Positions 28,283 to 42,605 of a stretch of 64,000 nt of DNA are shown here, one piece after another. The position numbers and the translations under genes are program-made. The notes below the pieces were generated by a model. It had not been told where the DNA came from. It did not search any database and worked only from the letters and a program-made list of their open reading frames with translations. The DNA comes from Octopus vulgaris (Eukaryota), in assembly GCA_951406725.2 (NCBI GenBank), contig OX597823.1, positions 85,002,001 through 85,066,000 on the forward strand. Direction: 5' to 3'. Position 1 is the first letter of the stretch. Each line of letters opens with the position of its first letter.

Positions 28283-29107
28283 TCGGATGTTAAAACTTGT
28301 CTCAAAACATGAAAACAAGAAAGCATCATACTCAGTAACAAAACAAGCAAAGAAATATCTAAGTGAATTCTGAATACAACAAATTCCAGAATCAGACATA
28401 CTAGAAACAGGCACAGAAAAAGCTAAGCGTATGAAAACCCGTGCTAAAACTGCTGCCTAAGATATTCTTACTGATAAATAGCAAGAAAAACCTCTCAATG
28501 GCAAATACCCCATGAGAACTAATAATGTTGATATTGACAAAGGCATTACCCATGAATGGTTTGTGGCTTCTGGGTTAAAATCAGAAACAGAAGGGTTTAT
28601 CGTAACAGTCCAAGATCAATGCCTACCTACAAGAACGGCAGCTGTCCAACATATTTCTGCCGACAACAAAATAAAACCTTTGATCATGTTGTCTCTATAT
28701 GTAGTCTTCTTGCGCCTACAGAGCATCTCAACAGGTATGATAGAGCAGCGCAGTATATTCACTGGGTAATTTGCAAAAACTTGAACTTGCTCCATGATAA
28801 AAACTGGTGGGAACACAAATGATAGCAAAAGGGGTTGATTGCTACCTAGCTCAGATACCAGGAAACCCCAAAATGGCAGAAATTCAAAAGATAGTGCTCA
28901 TAGGAACTGCCATATCCTACGTAAAATTTTTAAACGAACTCATAATTTTCTTGTTTTCTTAAAATTTTACTAGAACAATACTATGCACAAAACTAAATAT
29001 ACGACATCCTAGGCATAACACCAACATGGACTTCTAACTTGGTGTCTCTTGAGGTCTCTGGGTAAGACTTGGAGTCAACTTGTGCAAATACAAAGCAAAA
29101 GTCAAGC

Positions 29108-29110
<3 letters not shown>
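28283..29110 (+). mobile_element. 5'-truncated, internally deleted R4/Dong LINE inside (TAA)n
   Basis: EKPLNGKY, GLKSETEGFIVTVQDQCLPTR, DHVVSICSLLAPTEHLNRYDRAAQYIHWVIC, EIQKIVLIGT; (AAT)n at 28143-28282 and 29110-29170. Confidence 0.9.
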
Positions 29111-29171
<61 letters not shown>

Positions 29172-29811
29172 GGTTTCAAATCTGGGCACGAGTACCGTAA
29201 TTTTGGAAGGACGTGGGTACTTAATTATATCGAGCTCTGTAGTGACTGCTATATTATTTTAAACTATGACAAGCAATGTGCAGTTCAGCGTAATTTGAAC
29301 TGACATCGCAAAGTTAGTATACATACTGCTCCGCTTGTAAGTCGCCGTGCCTGTGATTCTACGAAATATTAATAAATTCAAAATTTAGTAGAGACTACAT
29401 ATTCTAAGGTAAGCGAGGCAACCCTTTCGATGGAACGCTAAGTATATAACTAGTACTGCTGCTACCGACTACAAGCAAAAGAAAATGAGAAACAAAAAGA
29501 ATTTTAAAAAGGTATGAAATTGTAATGACTTCAGGGTAAATACAAATAAACGTCATCAAAGCACGTTGAGCCCGCGTTGCGAATTACTCTCACTTAAATT
29601 GTACTAATATTAATGAAAATGGAGATTCGCTCCTATTGATAATAAAGAGTATATGTGTATACAAAGAATACATACTGCCATATACATAGATACGAAGATA
29701 CATACATACATACACATACCCATGAAATGAATAATGGACGTAATACAACTGCTGATATATATATATATATATACACACACAGACCTGTATATATATATAT
29801 ATACATATATA

Positions 29812-30050
29812 TATACTTTATTTAAAGCAGCAGAAAATTCAACAAAACCTGTTACTCCGAGTTTCCCGTTGCCGTTCATCGGACAGTTGCTAGTTTTTGC
29901 TAGCAAAAACTGTCCGATGAACGGCAACGGGAAACCCAGAGTAACAGGTTTTGTTGAATTTTCTGCTGCTTTAAATAAAGCATATTACTCTACCACCGGT
30001 ATTTGAGTACTCTTTTTTCCACCTTGTTTCACATTTATGTGTTTACTCCG
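29812..30050. mobile_element. Fold-back element (~75-bp arms) with one-sided tail, Penelope-like terminus
   Basis: 29812-29888 and 29908-29985 are near-perfect inverted repeats; flanked by (TA)n. Confidence 0.8.
29849..29947. ncRNA. Pair of inverted minimal hammerhead-like motifs (29849-29886 minus; 29910-29947 plus)
   Basis: CTGT-CCGATGA-ACG-GCAA-CGG-GAAA-CTC-G-GAG-TA-ACAG; stem I pairs, GUA triplet, U4C core variant. Confidence 0.6.
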
Positions 30051-30062
30051 CTATATATATAG

Positions 30063-30215
30063 CGTTACTTAGCGGTTCGGCAAAAGAGACCGATAGAATA
30101 AGTACTGGGCTTACAAAAGAATAAGTCCCGGGGTCGATTTGCTCGACTAAAGGCGGTGCTCCAGCATGGCCGCAGTCAAATGACTGAAACAAGTAAAAGA
30201 GTAAAAGAGTAAAAG
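30063..30215 (+). mobile_element. SINE B 3' portion, near consensus
   Basis: acttagcggttcggcaaaagagaccg...ggcggtgctccagcatggccgcagtcaaatgactgaaac then (GTAAAAGA)n. Confidence 0.9.
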
Positions 30216-30653
30216 AGATATATTTACACATACACATAGTTATACGATTATACATACACACATATATGATTATATACAGGCAAATATATATGTGTGTATA
30301 TATAATTATGCGCATATGAATAAAAAAATGTTGCCTATATGCAAGTATGTGTCATCTAAATAAAGTTTCGTGTATATTTACATATTTATATGTTTGTGGC
30401 GGTGTGACGGTTTATGAATGTGTCTATAGGTATATATATCTGTGTGAGCAAAATGTCAGTGTGTATTTATGTACGCAAATGTGAATACATACATGCATAC
30501 ATAGATACATATATATATATACACATATAAATATATATGTGTGTGTATTATCTATATCTTTCTCTCTCTTTCTATATATATTTATTTATACATATACTTA
30601 TATATATATATACATACACGCACATATACATATACATACGTACACACCACACT

Positions 30654-30693
<40 letters not shown>

Positions 30694-31534
30694 GCCTTGG
30701 TGAGTGCCGTATCAAAGGGACATTGTGATATTCCCTTTTAAATAACAATTTTTTTTCATATGATAATAGAAAAAGAGAATTGCTTTTAGAACGACACCTC
30801 TGAATACACACATACACACACATACATACATACATACATACATACATACATACATACATACATACATACATACATACATACATGCATATATATATATATA
30901 TACATGTATACATACAAACATACATATATATATATACATATATATATATACATGTATACATACATACAAACATACATATATATGTACATACATCTGTACA
31001 CCTGATTTGGAAAATATATTATTGAGATATATCCGCCCTCCCACCTGGAAATATAATGTTATTACTTTTAAGACCATAGGTAATACATATTATATTGAAT
31101 CGTAAAACGACTGCTGAGAATTGGTAAGATTTAAGAGAATAAAAATCTTCTTGTTTCTGTTTTTTTAAAGCCTTTTGCGATAGAAAACGAATACTCTTTG
31201 TTGTTTTGCTAAAGTTACTTTTTATGAAACGATATCAAAAGCTTCTTTTCGTTTCCTAAACTGCCTTGTGTTCCTATTTCTTCGTTTTGATTGCACTCTC
31301 CACACATACAGAGCCGTGTATATATGAAACATACAAGCAGAAGTGTTCTCACATGCGCACAGATGTAGTCGCATCGCATACACTTTTTATGTATACACGT
31401 AAAAACAAACTGACGCGCACCTCCGCACACTCCCACGTACACGAAGAAATACATGAACACTGTCATAAACATCTCTATCTGTCTCCCCGTAGACATATAT
31501 ACATACACATGCACACACAAACACACACATACAC

Positions 31535-31586
<52 letters not shown>

Positions 31587-31619
31587 TATACATACATACT
31601 TATATAAAGCTGTCTCTCA

Positions 31620-31659
<40 letters not shown>

Positions 31660-32213
31660 ACATATATCTGCACCTATCACTCTTTTTCTTTCCTTCTATC
31701 TCTCACTCTGTCTCTGTCTATCTAATCTGTGTGTATATGTGTGTGTATAAACTCACCGCTATTTAAACATTAATATCTAAGTATTTTTTGGATACACCAT
31801 AGCTGCCTCGCTATCATACACGCATTGCAATCAAGAGTATTCGGGATCGATCTTATCTGAGGTATCTTGAGCAAGTGTCTTTTAACAGGAATTTTGTCCC
31901 AAACTTTGTAAATGAATGTAAATTGTGAATGTAACGTCAAATTAAACGACGATTTGCGTTAAGGATACAGTTCTGTGTGTTATGTGCAGCCAGTTGCCCA
32001 CAATTTCAATATCGGAGCAATCAGATCGCTTGATTGAAGAAATCCAACGTACAATAAAAATACAAGAAATCTACCTATGAATCAATCAATCAATCAATCA
32101 GTCAGTCTGTGTATGTATCTATCTACAGACAACACGCACACGCACGAACACACACACACACACACAGAGGCATGTATATAGATATATATAAAAATATTAT
32201 AAAATATTTATAG

Positions 32214-32238
<25 letters not shown>

Positions 32239-32245
<7 letters not shown>

Positions 32246-32718
32246 TAGTTATCGCCATACTAATATGGTAGTCTATAAATATAAGACTAGAGCTGTCGCT
32301 GATTAGCTCCAAGAGGCCATCGCCTCTAGCTAGCTATTTGACACACGAACCTGCGTCCATTACAAACCTTCGAACAGAGGAGGTCAGCCGCTTCACCTTG
32401 CTAGTCAGACATCTGCAGACATGTTTCAGGGTTGTTGCCCTTTATCAATGCAGCGTAGTCAGACCCGCAGGTTACGCTACTGACCGTCTGAAACATGTCT
32501 GCAGATGTCTGACTAGCATGGTGAAGCGGCTTACCTCCCCTGTTCGAAGGTTTGTAATGGACGCAGGTTCGTGTGTCAAATAGCTAGCCTCTTGGAGCTA
32601 ATCAGCGACAGCTTTAGTCTTATATTTATAGACTACCATATTAGTATGGCGATAACTATTAATATCCAGTAACGCTGCCGTAATCTCCTTTAGAGAGACT
32701 TAGTAATTTTAATATTTC

Positions 32719-32725
<7 letters not shown>
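32239..32725. mobile_element. Fold-back element (~190-bp arms) with one-sided tail, Penelope-like terminus
   Basis: 32239-32429 and 32488-32665 are inverted repeats; (TA)n on both flanks; hammerhead at the arm/spacer junction. Confidence 0.85.
32413..32453 (-). ncRNA. Minimal type I hammerhead ribozyme, U3-A8 variant
   Basis: CTGCA-TTGATAA-AGGG-CAACAA-CCCT-GAAA-CATG-TC-TGCAG; perfect stems I and II, palindromic stem III, GUC triplet. Confidence 0.8.
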
Positions 32726-32755
<30 letters not shown>

Positions 32756-32949
32756 AATATTTAGAATAATTAATTCGTAGATCTCATTCGACTTTATGTT
32801 GCACCTTTATATTCTTTCGGAGTACGTGAAATTTGTAACATTTATACACATATATATATGTGAGGACAGATATGTATATAAAGAACTAATATATGATAAC
32901 TTTACTTATCAAAAATGCCATGTAGATAAAATTGCACGCCCTGTTGTAC

Positions 32950-33690
32950 AATGTTATTCAGAGCTAACTCTAACACCTTGTGGAAAGAAGTATCGAGGCA
33001 TCACACGTCATTCATTACTGACAACCGCTAAAACCATGACAGTTGCAGGAAATTTTGTATGCATAACACTTGGAACTTCAGAAGGGTCTGCACATAAACA
33101 TCTCTTATTTCTTCTGTTAACTTTTTGACGTTGGTCGAAGTTTTTCTCGTTTGAGAAAAACCAATCAAATCTTGCTTCTGCTGAGTTTTTCAGTTTGTTT
33201 AAGAGCCTTTTAGATTTGATGTACTGATTTTCTTTTTCTTTTTCTGACAAATAGTCCTTTCCTTATAAGATTTATATCTGATGTCTTCGTGTAAAACATT
33301 TCTGGCTGTTCCTTCTGACACATTGAGATCTTTTGCAATTCACCTCGTGGAATTTCTGGGATTGTAATCAATGATCTGGTGGACTTGCTGGATATATTCA
33401 GGTATTCTTATGATTTCAGTGCGTTTAGAATGATTTTCATGCTTTGGTACTAGTGATACATTTCCATCTTCAATCTCTAGCACTTTAAAAACTTTGTAGA
33501 CAAAAGATCTGGCAACTTTTAAAAATCGAGATATTTCTAAATCACTATGCTCAGCCTTTAAAACCACAATAACAGTATGCATCTTCATTTTTTGAGTAAG
33601 GTGCGTGTCTACCATTATTATTTTCTGAAACAAAGTTTATACAGTTAGCAAAAAATGCAGCAATGACTCAAAAGGAGTATATACTCCGCC
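32950..33690 (-). pseudogene. Tc1/mariner-superfamily (maT/DD37D-like) transposase remnant
   Basis: HTH-like EISRFLKVARSFVYKV; WFFSNEKNFDQ..KVNRRN..VMHTKFPATVMVLAVVSNE; stops present. Confidence 0.85.
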
Positions 33691-34059
33691 CTTAAACTTT
33701 TATCTCCTCTTCTCTTAATATCCTATCTTATTACTATGTCACTCTCACTCCCTCACTCCTCTTCCATTGCACAAGTGATTCTCACGTGACCATTGACCAT
33801 CTTTCTTTCTACTCCTAACTTGTGTTTCTTTCTCTCCGTTATAGCTGGACCACGGAAGACGTCTTGTCTGTCACCTGTTCAAGCTTGATTTACGCGTTCG
33901 ACACCACAACCTCGTTTAGGCTTAGCAGCCCTTCCTGTTTGTTTTGAATATCCTGTTTGTGTTACCAATTTTAACCCTGCGCAAAATCCCAAATTCTTTT
34001 TACTTTGCTTTGCAGGAGCAACTGTTTTATCGAAAGCGTATATTGTTAAATGCTCGAAA

Positions 34060-34338
<279 letters not shown>

Positions 34339-34467
34339 CTCTCTATATATATATACGTATAGATATAAGTATGTACATATACGTATGCATATATGCATAT
34401 ATATATTATTTATATTATTATATGATTGAAGGCCTCGCATCCTCTTCCAAGTAAGTTTTCTCTCTCT

Positions 34468-34520
<53 letters not shown>

Positions 34521-34627
34521 CATAAAGGCGGTGCTCCAGTATGGCCGCAGTCAAATGGCAAACAAGTTATAGAGTAAATATATATATATATATATATATA
34601 TCGATACATAGCTACATAGATTGATGC

Positions 34628-34664
<37 letters not shown>

Positions 34665-35342
34665 GAGATAAATAGACAGACAAACAGATAAATATATAGA
34701 TATGTATATGTATATCGATAGCTATGTCTATCTATCTATCTATCTATCTTTATATATATATATATGTATATATATACATACATGTATATGTATGTATTTA
34801 TGTATATATATATACATATATATATATATATAAACATATATATATGTATATATCTCTCTCTATCTATATCTATATCAATCTATCTATCTCTATGTATGTA
34901 TATATCTATATGTATATATGTATCTTTGTGTGTGTGTATGTTTGCATGTATGTATGTATGCGCGTATGCATGTATGTATGCGTGAATGTATACAGACATG
35001 TATGTATCCATATAGATTTTCATATGCACGAATACACATGCATATCAATTCCTACATACAATACGCTAAAAATATCATAACAGATAAGCACGATGTTGCT
35101 TAATAGAACCAATTTATTTTATGTACTTTTAGCATTTATTTTATGCAGCCCATCTATCAATGTTTGGTAACCATACTTTAAAGAGAAACCTGCTCTAGGC
35201 AACTGTTCCCTATAATACCCTATTAGTGTTTTCACTGTCTCTACTATTTACTACAGCTCATGTTAAAATTACGTGATATTTAGGCTTCTCCTACTAAAAC
35301 AATAATAGCTATTTACTTTCACTGACGAACAACAGACTGAGT

Positions 35343-35355
35343 AAACATGGCGGAA
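35343..35355 (+). promoter_or_regulatory. YY1-like motif AAACATGGCGGAA
   Basis: Matches the AANATGGCG consensus in unique DNA; X-box-like half-site CTAGGCAAC about 150 bp upstream. Confidence 0.3.
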
Positions 35356-35723
35356 AATACTGTCTTAATTCTTTACTTTCTGCTGTTTTTGTTTTCGTTC
35401 CTTTTGTTCGCTTAGGTTTTCTTTTGTTTTGTGAGTTTTATGGTGTGTTCTTTCGATATATATATATATATATATTTATATATAAATATATATATGGTGG
35501 CTGGAGAAAAATCACAACTGTCTTTTCCCATGCTACTGTTATATCACTGTGTGTAGTTGTGTGATTTGTCTGCTGTGAGTGTGTACAAGCATAAGGACTC
35601 ATAAAAGTGTGTATATCCTTGTGTGTGTGTGAGGATTTGATTATAAGTGCTTGAGATTGTGAGCTTAAGTGTGTAAATTATATATATATATACATATGAA
35701 CATATCAATATATAAATACATGT

Positions 35724-35794
<71 letters not shown>

Positions 35795-35917
35795 CCTACA
35801 CATGCATATGTATATACGTATGTGTATGAATATGTGTACATCAGGCTATATATGTGCCTATGAATCGTCTATTCAAACTAAATATAGATGCACCTTTATG
35901 TCAATATATATATATGC

Positions 35918-35953
<36 letters not shown>

Positions 35954-36107
35954 GCATAGATTTGTTTAAAGATGTGTGTGTACGTATCTTTACACTGTAT
36001 ATATAAACATATACATACTTACATATACATATATGTGTGTGTATATATATACATATATATACGTATATATATAAGCATATGTGCATGTATATGTATGCAC
36101 GTATGTG

Positions 36108-36156
<49 letters not shown>

Positions 36157-36707
36157 ACATATATACATGTCTATGAATCTTTTTCTCTCTCTTTCTCTCA
36201 CACTCTCTCTCTCTCTTTCTCTGTCTGTCTCTCTCTCTCTCTATATATATATATATGTGTATCTATGTATATATATATATATATATATCATGAGCGTTCT
36301 CAGCCTTGTATTCTACTACGAATTAATATCAATATTCCACTAGCTACGGGGATTTTGTCTTTAATTGAATTATATACACTTAATATTACGCTAATAATTT
36401 TCAATTACCATTATAACTATGAATTTATTTGTCTACTCTGCTGTCTCTCTGCACCCCTATCTCTCCTTCTTTATCTTCGTTATCTCCGTCCTGGTCTGTT
36501 TCTTCCCGACCTACCCCCCAATCCTCTTTATCTGCCCTTCGTGTCCCCTAAAGCGATCATAATTTTCTTCTTTACCCGAGTCTGTTCCACAGACAATTTT
36601 TTGTACATTTATATTTCCCATGTGCAGTATTAAAAATATATGTGCATATTTTAAAAGGTTATTTTTCTGCAAACATATATAAATACATACTTACACACAC
36701 ACACACA

Positions 36708-36752
<45 letters not shown>

Positions 36753-36972
36753 TTATATATAGCCATGTGTATATGTATGTATATTTATGTATGTATATGC
36801 ATATATCCATACACACATGCATACATGCATATGTATATATATTTACAGCTAGGTATATTTACATATTTTGAGATATAATTACACAAATATACTCGCACAT
36901 AGACTCTCACGGGCATATATTTATATAGGTAAATATATAGATATTAATATACATATTTGCATTTGCCAAAGG

Positions 36973-37024
<52 letters not shown>

Positions 37025-37057
37025 GCACAAATGTATGTATGTATTTATGCATGCATG

Positions 37058-37156
<99 letters not shown>

Positions 37157-37816
37157 CGAGATGGATAGATAGATACATATGTACATACATATCTATGTAT
37201 GAATTCATAGAAAGAATGAATATGATTTTTCCAGCAGCCCATAGAACAAGTAATCTGATTATACTGCTATATTTTAACCGCTTAACGATGGTCATTTCTT
37301 ATGTATATATATATATATATATATTTCGTTTTGGGATTTGGTTTGCAAACTTCTTTATGTGAGTTCGTGTGTTGGGGAATTACAACCGTGTTTCGTGGTC
37401 TGCTACCACAACAGCTCCTTCATAGGATCCAGTTAGCTCAAGACATCATCAGGAGGAACCACGTCCGGCTTCGGCCCCTACTCCTCAACCATTTTGACGT
37501 GGCGCCCCCCCCCCCCCCCTTTCGGAGGTTTCTTCAGCTCTGGTGTTGGGCGCATGTCTTATTTCTTCTTCTTTCTTCTGTTCCCTGGCCTCTTCGATGT
37601 ATCGTCAGCGAGTGTCAGCCGGTGACTGACTGTCTTGTCATATTTTCCCTTTAAATACCAGCTGCAAGGCTCCAGCAGGCAGCCCAGCAAGTTGTCACGT
37701 GACACTGTCTCACCTTAACTGACTAGTGAAGGCGCGTAGTTTTAGCCTGCGCTGTTTCTAAACGACCGTCACCTGTCAGCCAGCTTGTCTCACCTAATGA
37801 TGTTATGGTCATATTA

Positions 37817-38085
37817 TGTTGCGTCTGGGGAGAGTCATACTCCCTTAACGCGTTATAATTCAACACACGCACCGGTAAAATTTCCACTCATTTCCTTCTT
37901 CATTTTCCGAAAATTTTCATTGCATCTGTCAACCTTTCCTATAGTTATTGACTCTCAACTATTGAAAATGTTGCAAGACGCAACGAAATTTTAGAAAAAT
38001 TAAGAACGAAATGAGTGGAATTTTGACAGGTGAGTGTGTTAAATTATAAGGCTCTAAAAGAGAATGACTCTCCCCAGACACAACA
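37817..38085. mobile_element. Older fold-back element (~120-bp diverged arms)
   Basis: tgttgcgtctggggagagtca...ttccactcattt versus aaatgagtggaa...tgactctccccagacacaaca. Confidence 0.8.
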
Positions 38086-38130
38086 GTACGTGTATGTATG
38101 TGTGTGTGCTTGTATACATATACATACATA

Positions 38131-38176
<46 letters not shown>

Positions 38177-39332
38177 CATATACATAAATATATATACACA
38201 TATGCACGTATGTATGTGTCTGATTAATCGATTGATTGATTGACTGGTCGATCGATTGATCTTCTGGTATGGTTATAAGTATTGAAATATTTAATCAACT
38301 TATCTACCGGAACGTTAAAATGGAAGGGAACTGGCTACACATACGACACAGAAATATATTCTTAATATAATACACAAGTGAAATAAGGTTTGACACCATG
38401 CCACAAGGATTTTCTGCTTAATTTACGGGTATAACAAAAGAATAGTTATCTTTGCGGTTTACTTCAACTCAGTTTCATTCGCAAAATTTCGAATGATCAA
38501 AGTTGAGGTTAAAAGCCATTTGCTCAGTATATCGATACAACTTGTAAGTAAAAAGGTATAATCACATGATTTTGTACACTGTGTTATTGCTATATTTTTA
38601 ATAGATTTAAATGTTGATGTCTCGGAAACAAATCTCTTTAATATCGCACAATGTTTCACTCAAACTATTCCATTGCAACGTTTATATCTATTGTATTAGA
38701 ATGAAGGGCGTAACAAAGTCCTCGCTGTATTTACTAAGGCCTTCTGCCATCCCAGTCATACAATTATTTAATAGAAACTTTCGTTTAGCCCTGTACTAAA
38801 CACTTAGCTCTGTCTCACCTTTCTCCTATTCTGTGTTTCTCAATCTTTCTGCTCCACATACTACATAAGTTGCAAGCCTGGAATTTCGCATCCTGTCTAT
38901 TACAAAATGAAACTGATTTCTTTTATTTATTTCATATTAAACTGATCTTCCATCATTCTTTTAAAATAATCACACACGCTTTCTCATATCCAATGTCTAA
39001 CTTCCTGTTCTCAACTACATAAGGAAAAGAACCATTCCATTTTCCAAACCAGGTTTAAAATTCACATATGGTTTCATGCAAATTCATGATGCTGGATTTC
39101 GTGTTATCCCCTGAATTATTCCTCACGTTCTCTTTTTTTGTGCCATCTGTAATAGCTTTTATTTTCATTTTTTATTTTTATTATCTCATACTTTCTAAAA
39201 ATTCTTAGAATTGCATTTTTCTTCTTCACCAAAGTTAGCCAAATAATTTCTAAAACTTTTTCGAATTTCTTTCTCCATGTGTTATATGTCTTCAGGTACA
39301 TTTTTTTTTCTTATAAAACGAAAATTTCTTAC

Positions 39333-39353
39333 CCTAGGTAACGACATCTAAAT
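39333..39353 (-). CDS. Candidate 21-nt microexon, or the 3' end of a first exon (ATG TCG TTA CCT AGG|GT)
   Basis: Minus strand (t)n-atcttcctacAG|ATTTAGATGTCGTTACCTAGG|GTaaga; strong acceptor and donor. Confidence 0.4.
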
Positions 39354-39585
39354 CTGTAGGAAGATAAAAAAAAAAAAGGACAAAGCGTGAAGAACGTTGA
39401 AAAAAATATGAAAAAGCAGAAGAAAATTTAATGTTAGAACGGTAAACAAGAACCAAATTCGAGCAGAGAAATGAAACAACAACAACAATAGTTAGTGATT
39501 CTGTGTCCTTTACGTTCAAATTAATACGTTTCTTTCTTTTTTTTCCTTGAGCCTCATAAATACTTTCATTATTTGGTCCAACAAA

Positions 39586-39598
39586 AAACATGGCGGAA
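39586..39598 (+). promoter_or_regulatory. YY1-like motif AAACATGGCGGAA
   Basis: Identical 13-mer to 35343-35355, in a repeat-poor region. Confidence 0.35.
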
Positions 39599-40262
39599 GC
39601 TGTTGTTTTGAGGCGTAATGTAAATTATCGTGTTGTCAATTGTGATATTTTTCAAATCGGAGTTATATTTCTTGCCATTATGAATTCTATTTAGTTAAGG
39701 GAGGGATGCTAACAAATGTTAAAGCAATCTTTAAGGAGCTCTTTAATGTCTTGCGTCATATTTGGCTTCGGGGTTGGCAAACTGGTTGTCATTATTACTA
39801 ACAATATGGTTATTAATAATATTACGATTTAGTATCATTAGTGTGAAGTTGTACAAGATCCGTAGAAGGGGCGTCCAAAATTCTTTGTGGTGTTCAGTAA
39901 TGTTCCTTTACGTTTTGGGATCAAATCTCGGTGAGACTGATTTTAATTATAATCCTTCACTACCAGCATTTACGTTATCGAGTGTTCGTTTTCTCTAAAT
40001 TCATGTGAGAAATAATACTTTTCTTATAAAAAAGAGGTGGTGATCTGAGAGTCATTGGTAGGCAGAATCATTTGGAAGGCCGACTGATTGCCCTACCGTG
40101 TGAGGTCCGTCTCTTACATGATAATAATGATGGTGATGATGATGATAACAATAATAATAATTCTGATATTAATCACAACAAAATCATCATCAACAGCAAC
40201 AACAACTACAACTAGAATAACAATATTTCAAGTATTGTAAATATTATGACAGATATTTATGT

Positions 40263-40322
<60 letters not shown>

Positions 40323-40512
40323 GTATGTATATATGTATATATATATATATATATATACACACAAAATGAGAAAATGGAGAAACATACCTAAATCAATCAT
40401 CAACCATCAGATAATACCCAATCAATACTTTATTAAACCATTACACAACAGCAATGACATTATACATAATATATTACAAATATAACTATATATAAATATA
40501 TATATATATATA

Positions 40513-41009
40513 CTAGCAGTATCGCCCGGCGTTGCTCGGGTTTGTAAGGGAAATAACTATATAAGCATTTTTAGAGAGTTACGTCCCTTATAGATGCCAA
40601 TTTGGGCTTTCTTAGCCATTTCTGTTTTGGTGTCTTCAAGCCATGAAGTCGTTGTTCTAAAAGAACGCTGGTCTCCTTGACAACGCTTTACGACGTTGAT
40701 TTCCTTACACTCCCTTCCCCACAGCTTCACGAGGGAGGGAAGAAGGGGGAGAAGCAAACAGGTGCAGGTGTGACCATGGACGCCAACTCCGCCGCCATCG
40801 ACACACGAAAAATTATGCATTAAAATGGAATTAAAAATGATGTTAAATTATTTTTAAAATCGTAGACTCATCGTAGACGCGCGGTAATACTCAGACGGGC
40901 TCGATATGAATCCCGACTATAAGATACCCGAATTTGGTTAAACTGCACCGCAAAATGTGGGAGTAGTTAGGAATCTAAATCGAAGGGGACAGACACTCAC
41001 ACAACTACA

Positions 41010-41020
<11 letters not shown>
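40513..41020 (-). mobile_element. Non-autonomous Helitron-like element
   Basis: Minus-strand 3' end CCCGAGCAACGCCGGG hairpin followed 8 nt later by CTAG|T; 5' end runs into (TA)n; no TSD or TIR. Confidence 0.8.
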
Positions 41021-41520
<500 letters not shown>

Positions 41521-41530
41521 ATATAGACAG

Positions 41531-41990
41531 ATATTATATAATTATAAATATAATCATAAAATTAGGGGTCAGCTAATTGATTCACCACGTACTGAATTTA
41601 GAAATAGGAGTTAAAAATTCCTCTTCTTCTACCGTAAGAATCTCCCAGACAGTAACACATTTTTATGTAGGCAAAAAATTTATATTCAGAATACTACACT
41701 AATGATGAGAAATAAATAAAAATATTTAATCTCGAATCGCGTATGCGGCTAATCGGAATCGTGTGGATTCCTTATTTTTCTTTTTGCCTACGTAAAAAGT
41801 GTATTACTGTCTGGGAGATTCTTACGTTAGTAGAAAAGGAATTTTTAACTCCTATTTCTAAATTCGGTATGCGGTGAAGCAATTAGCTGACCCCTAATTA
41901 TAATTATGTTTATAATTATAAAATATTTGTAAAATTTTACCTATAAAGGTTATTTTAACCTACCGATCTACTTGGTAAAATTATCAATTG
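41531..41990. mobile_element. Fold-back element (~150-bp arms) with a decayed hammerhead in the spacer
   Basis: aattaggggtcagctaattg...gtaggcaaaaa versus tttttgcctac...caattagctgacccctaatt; spacer ATGATGA-GA...TC-GAAT-CGCG-TA. Confidence 0.8.
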
Positions 41991-42045
41991 ATTTATTAAT
42001 TAATTAATTAATTTTACACTTTTATTATTATTATTATCATTATTA

Positions 42046-42605
<560 letters not shown>

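Noticed and set aside
38473-38543. Plus-strand exon ending at GTAAGT
   Set aside because: Weak acceptor, unrecognisable peptide, no partner exon.
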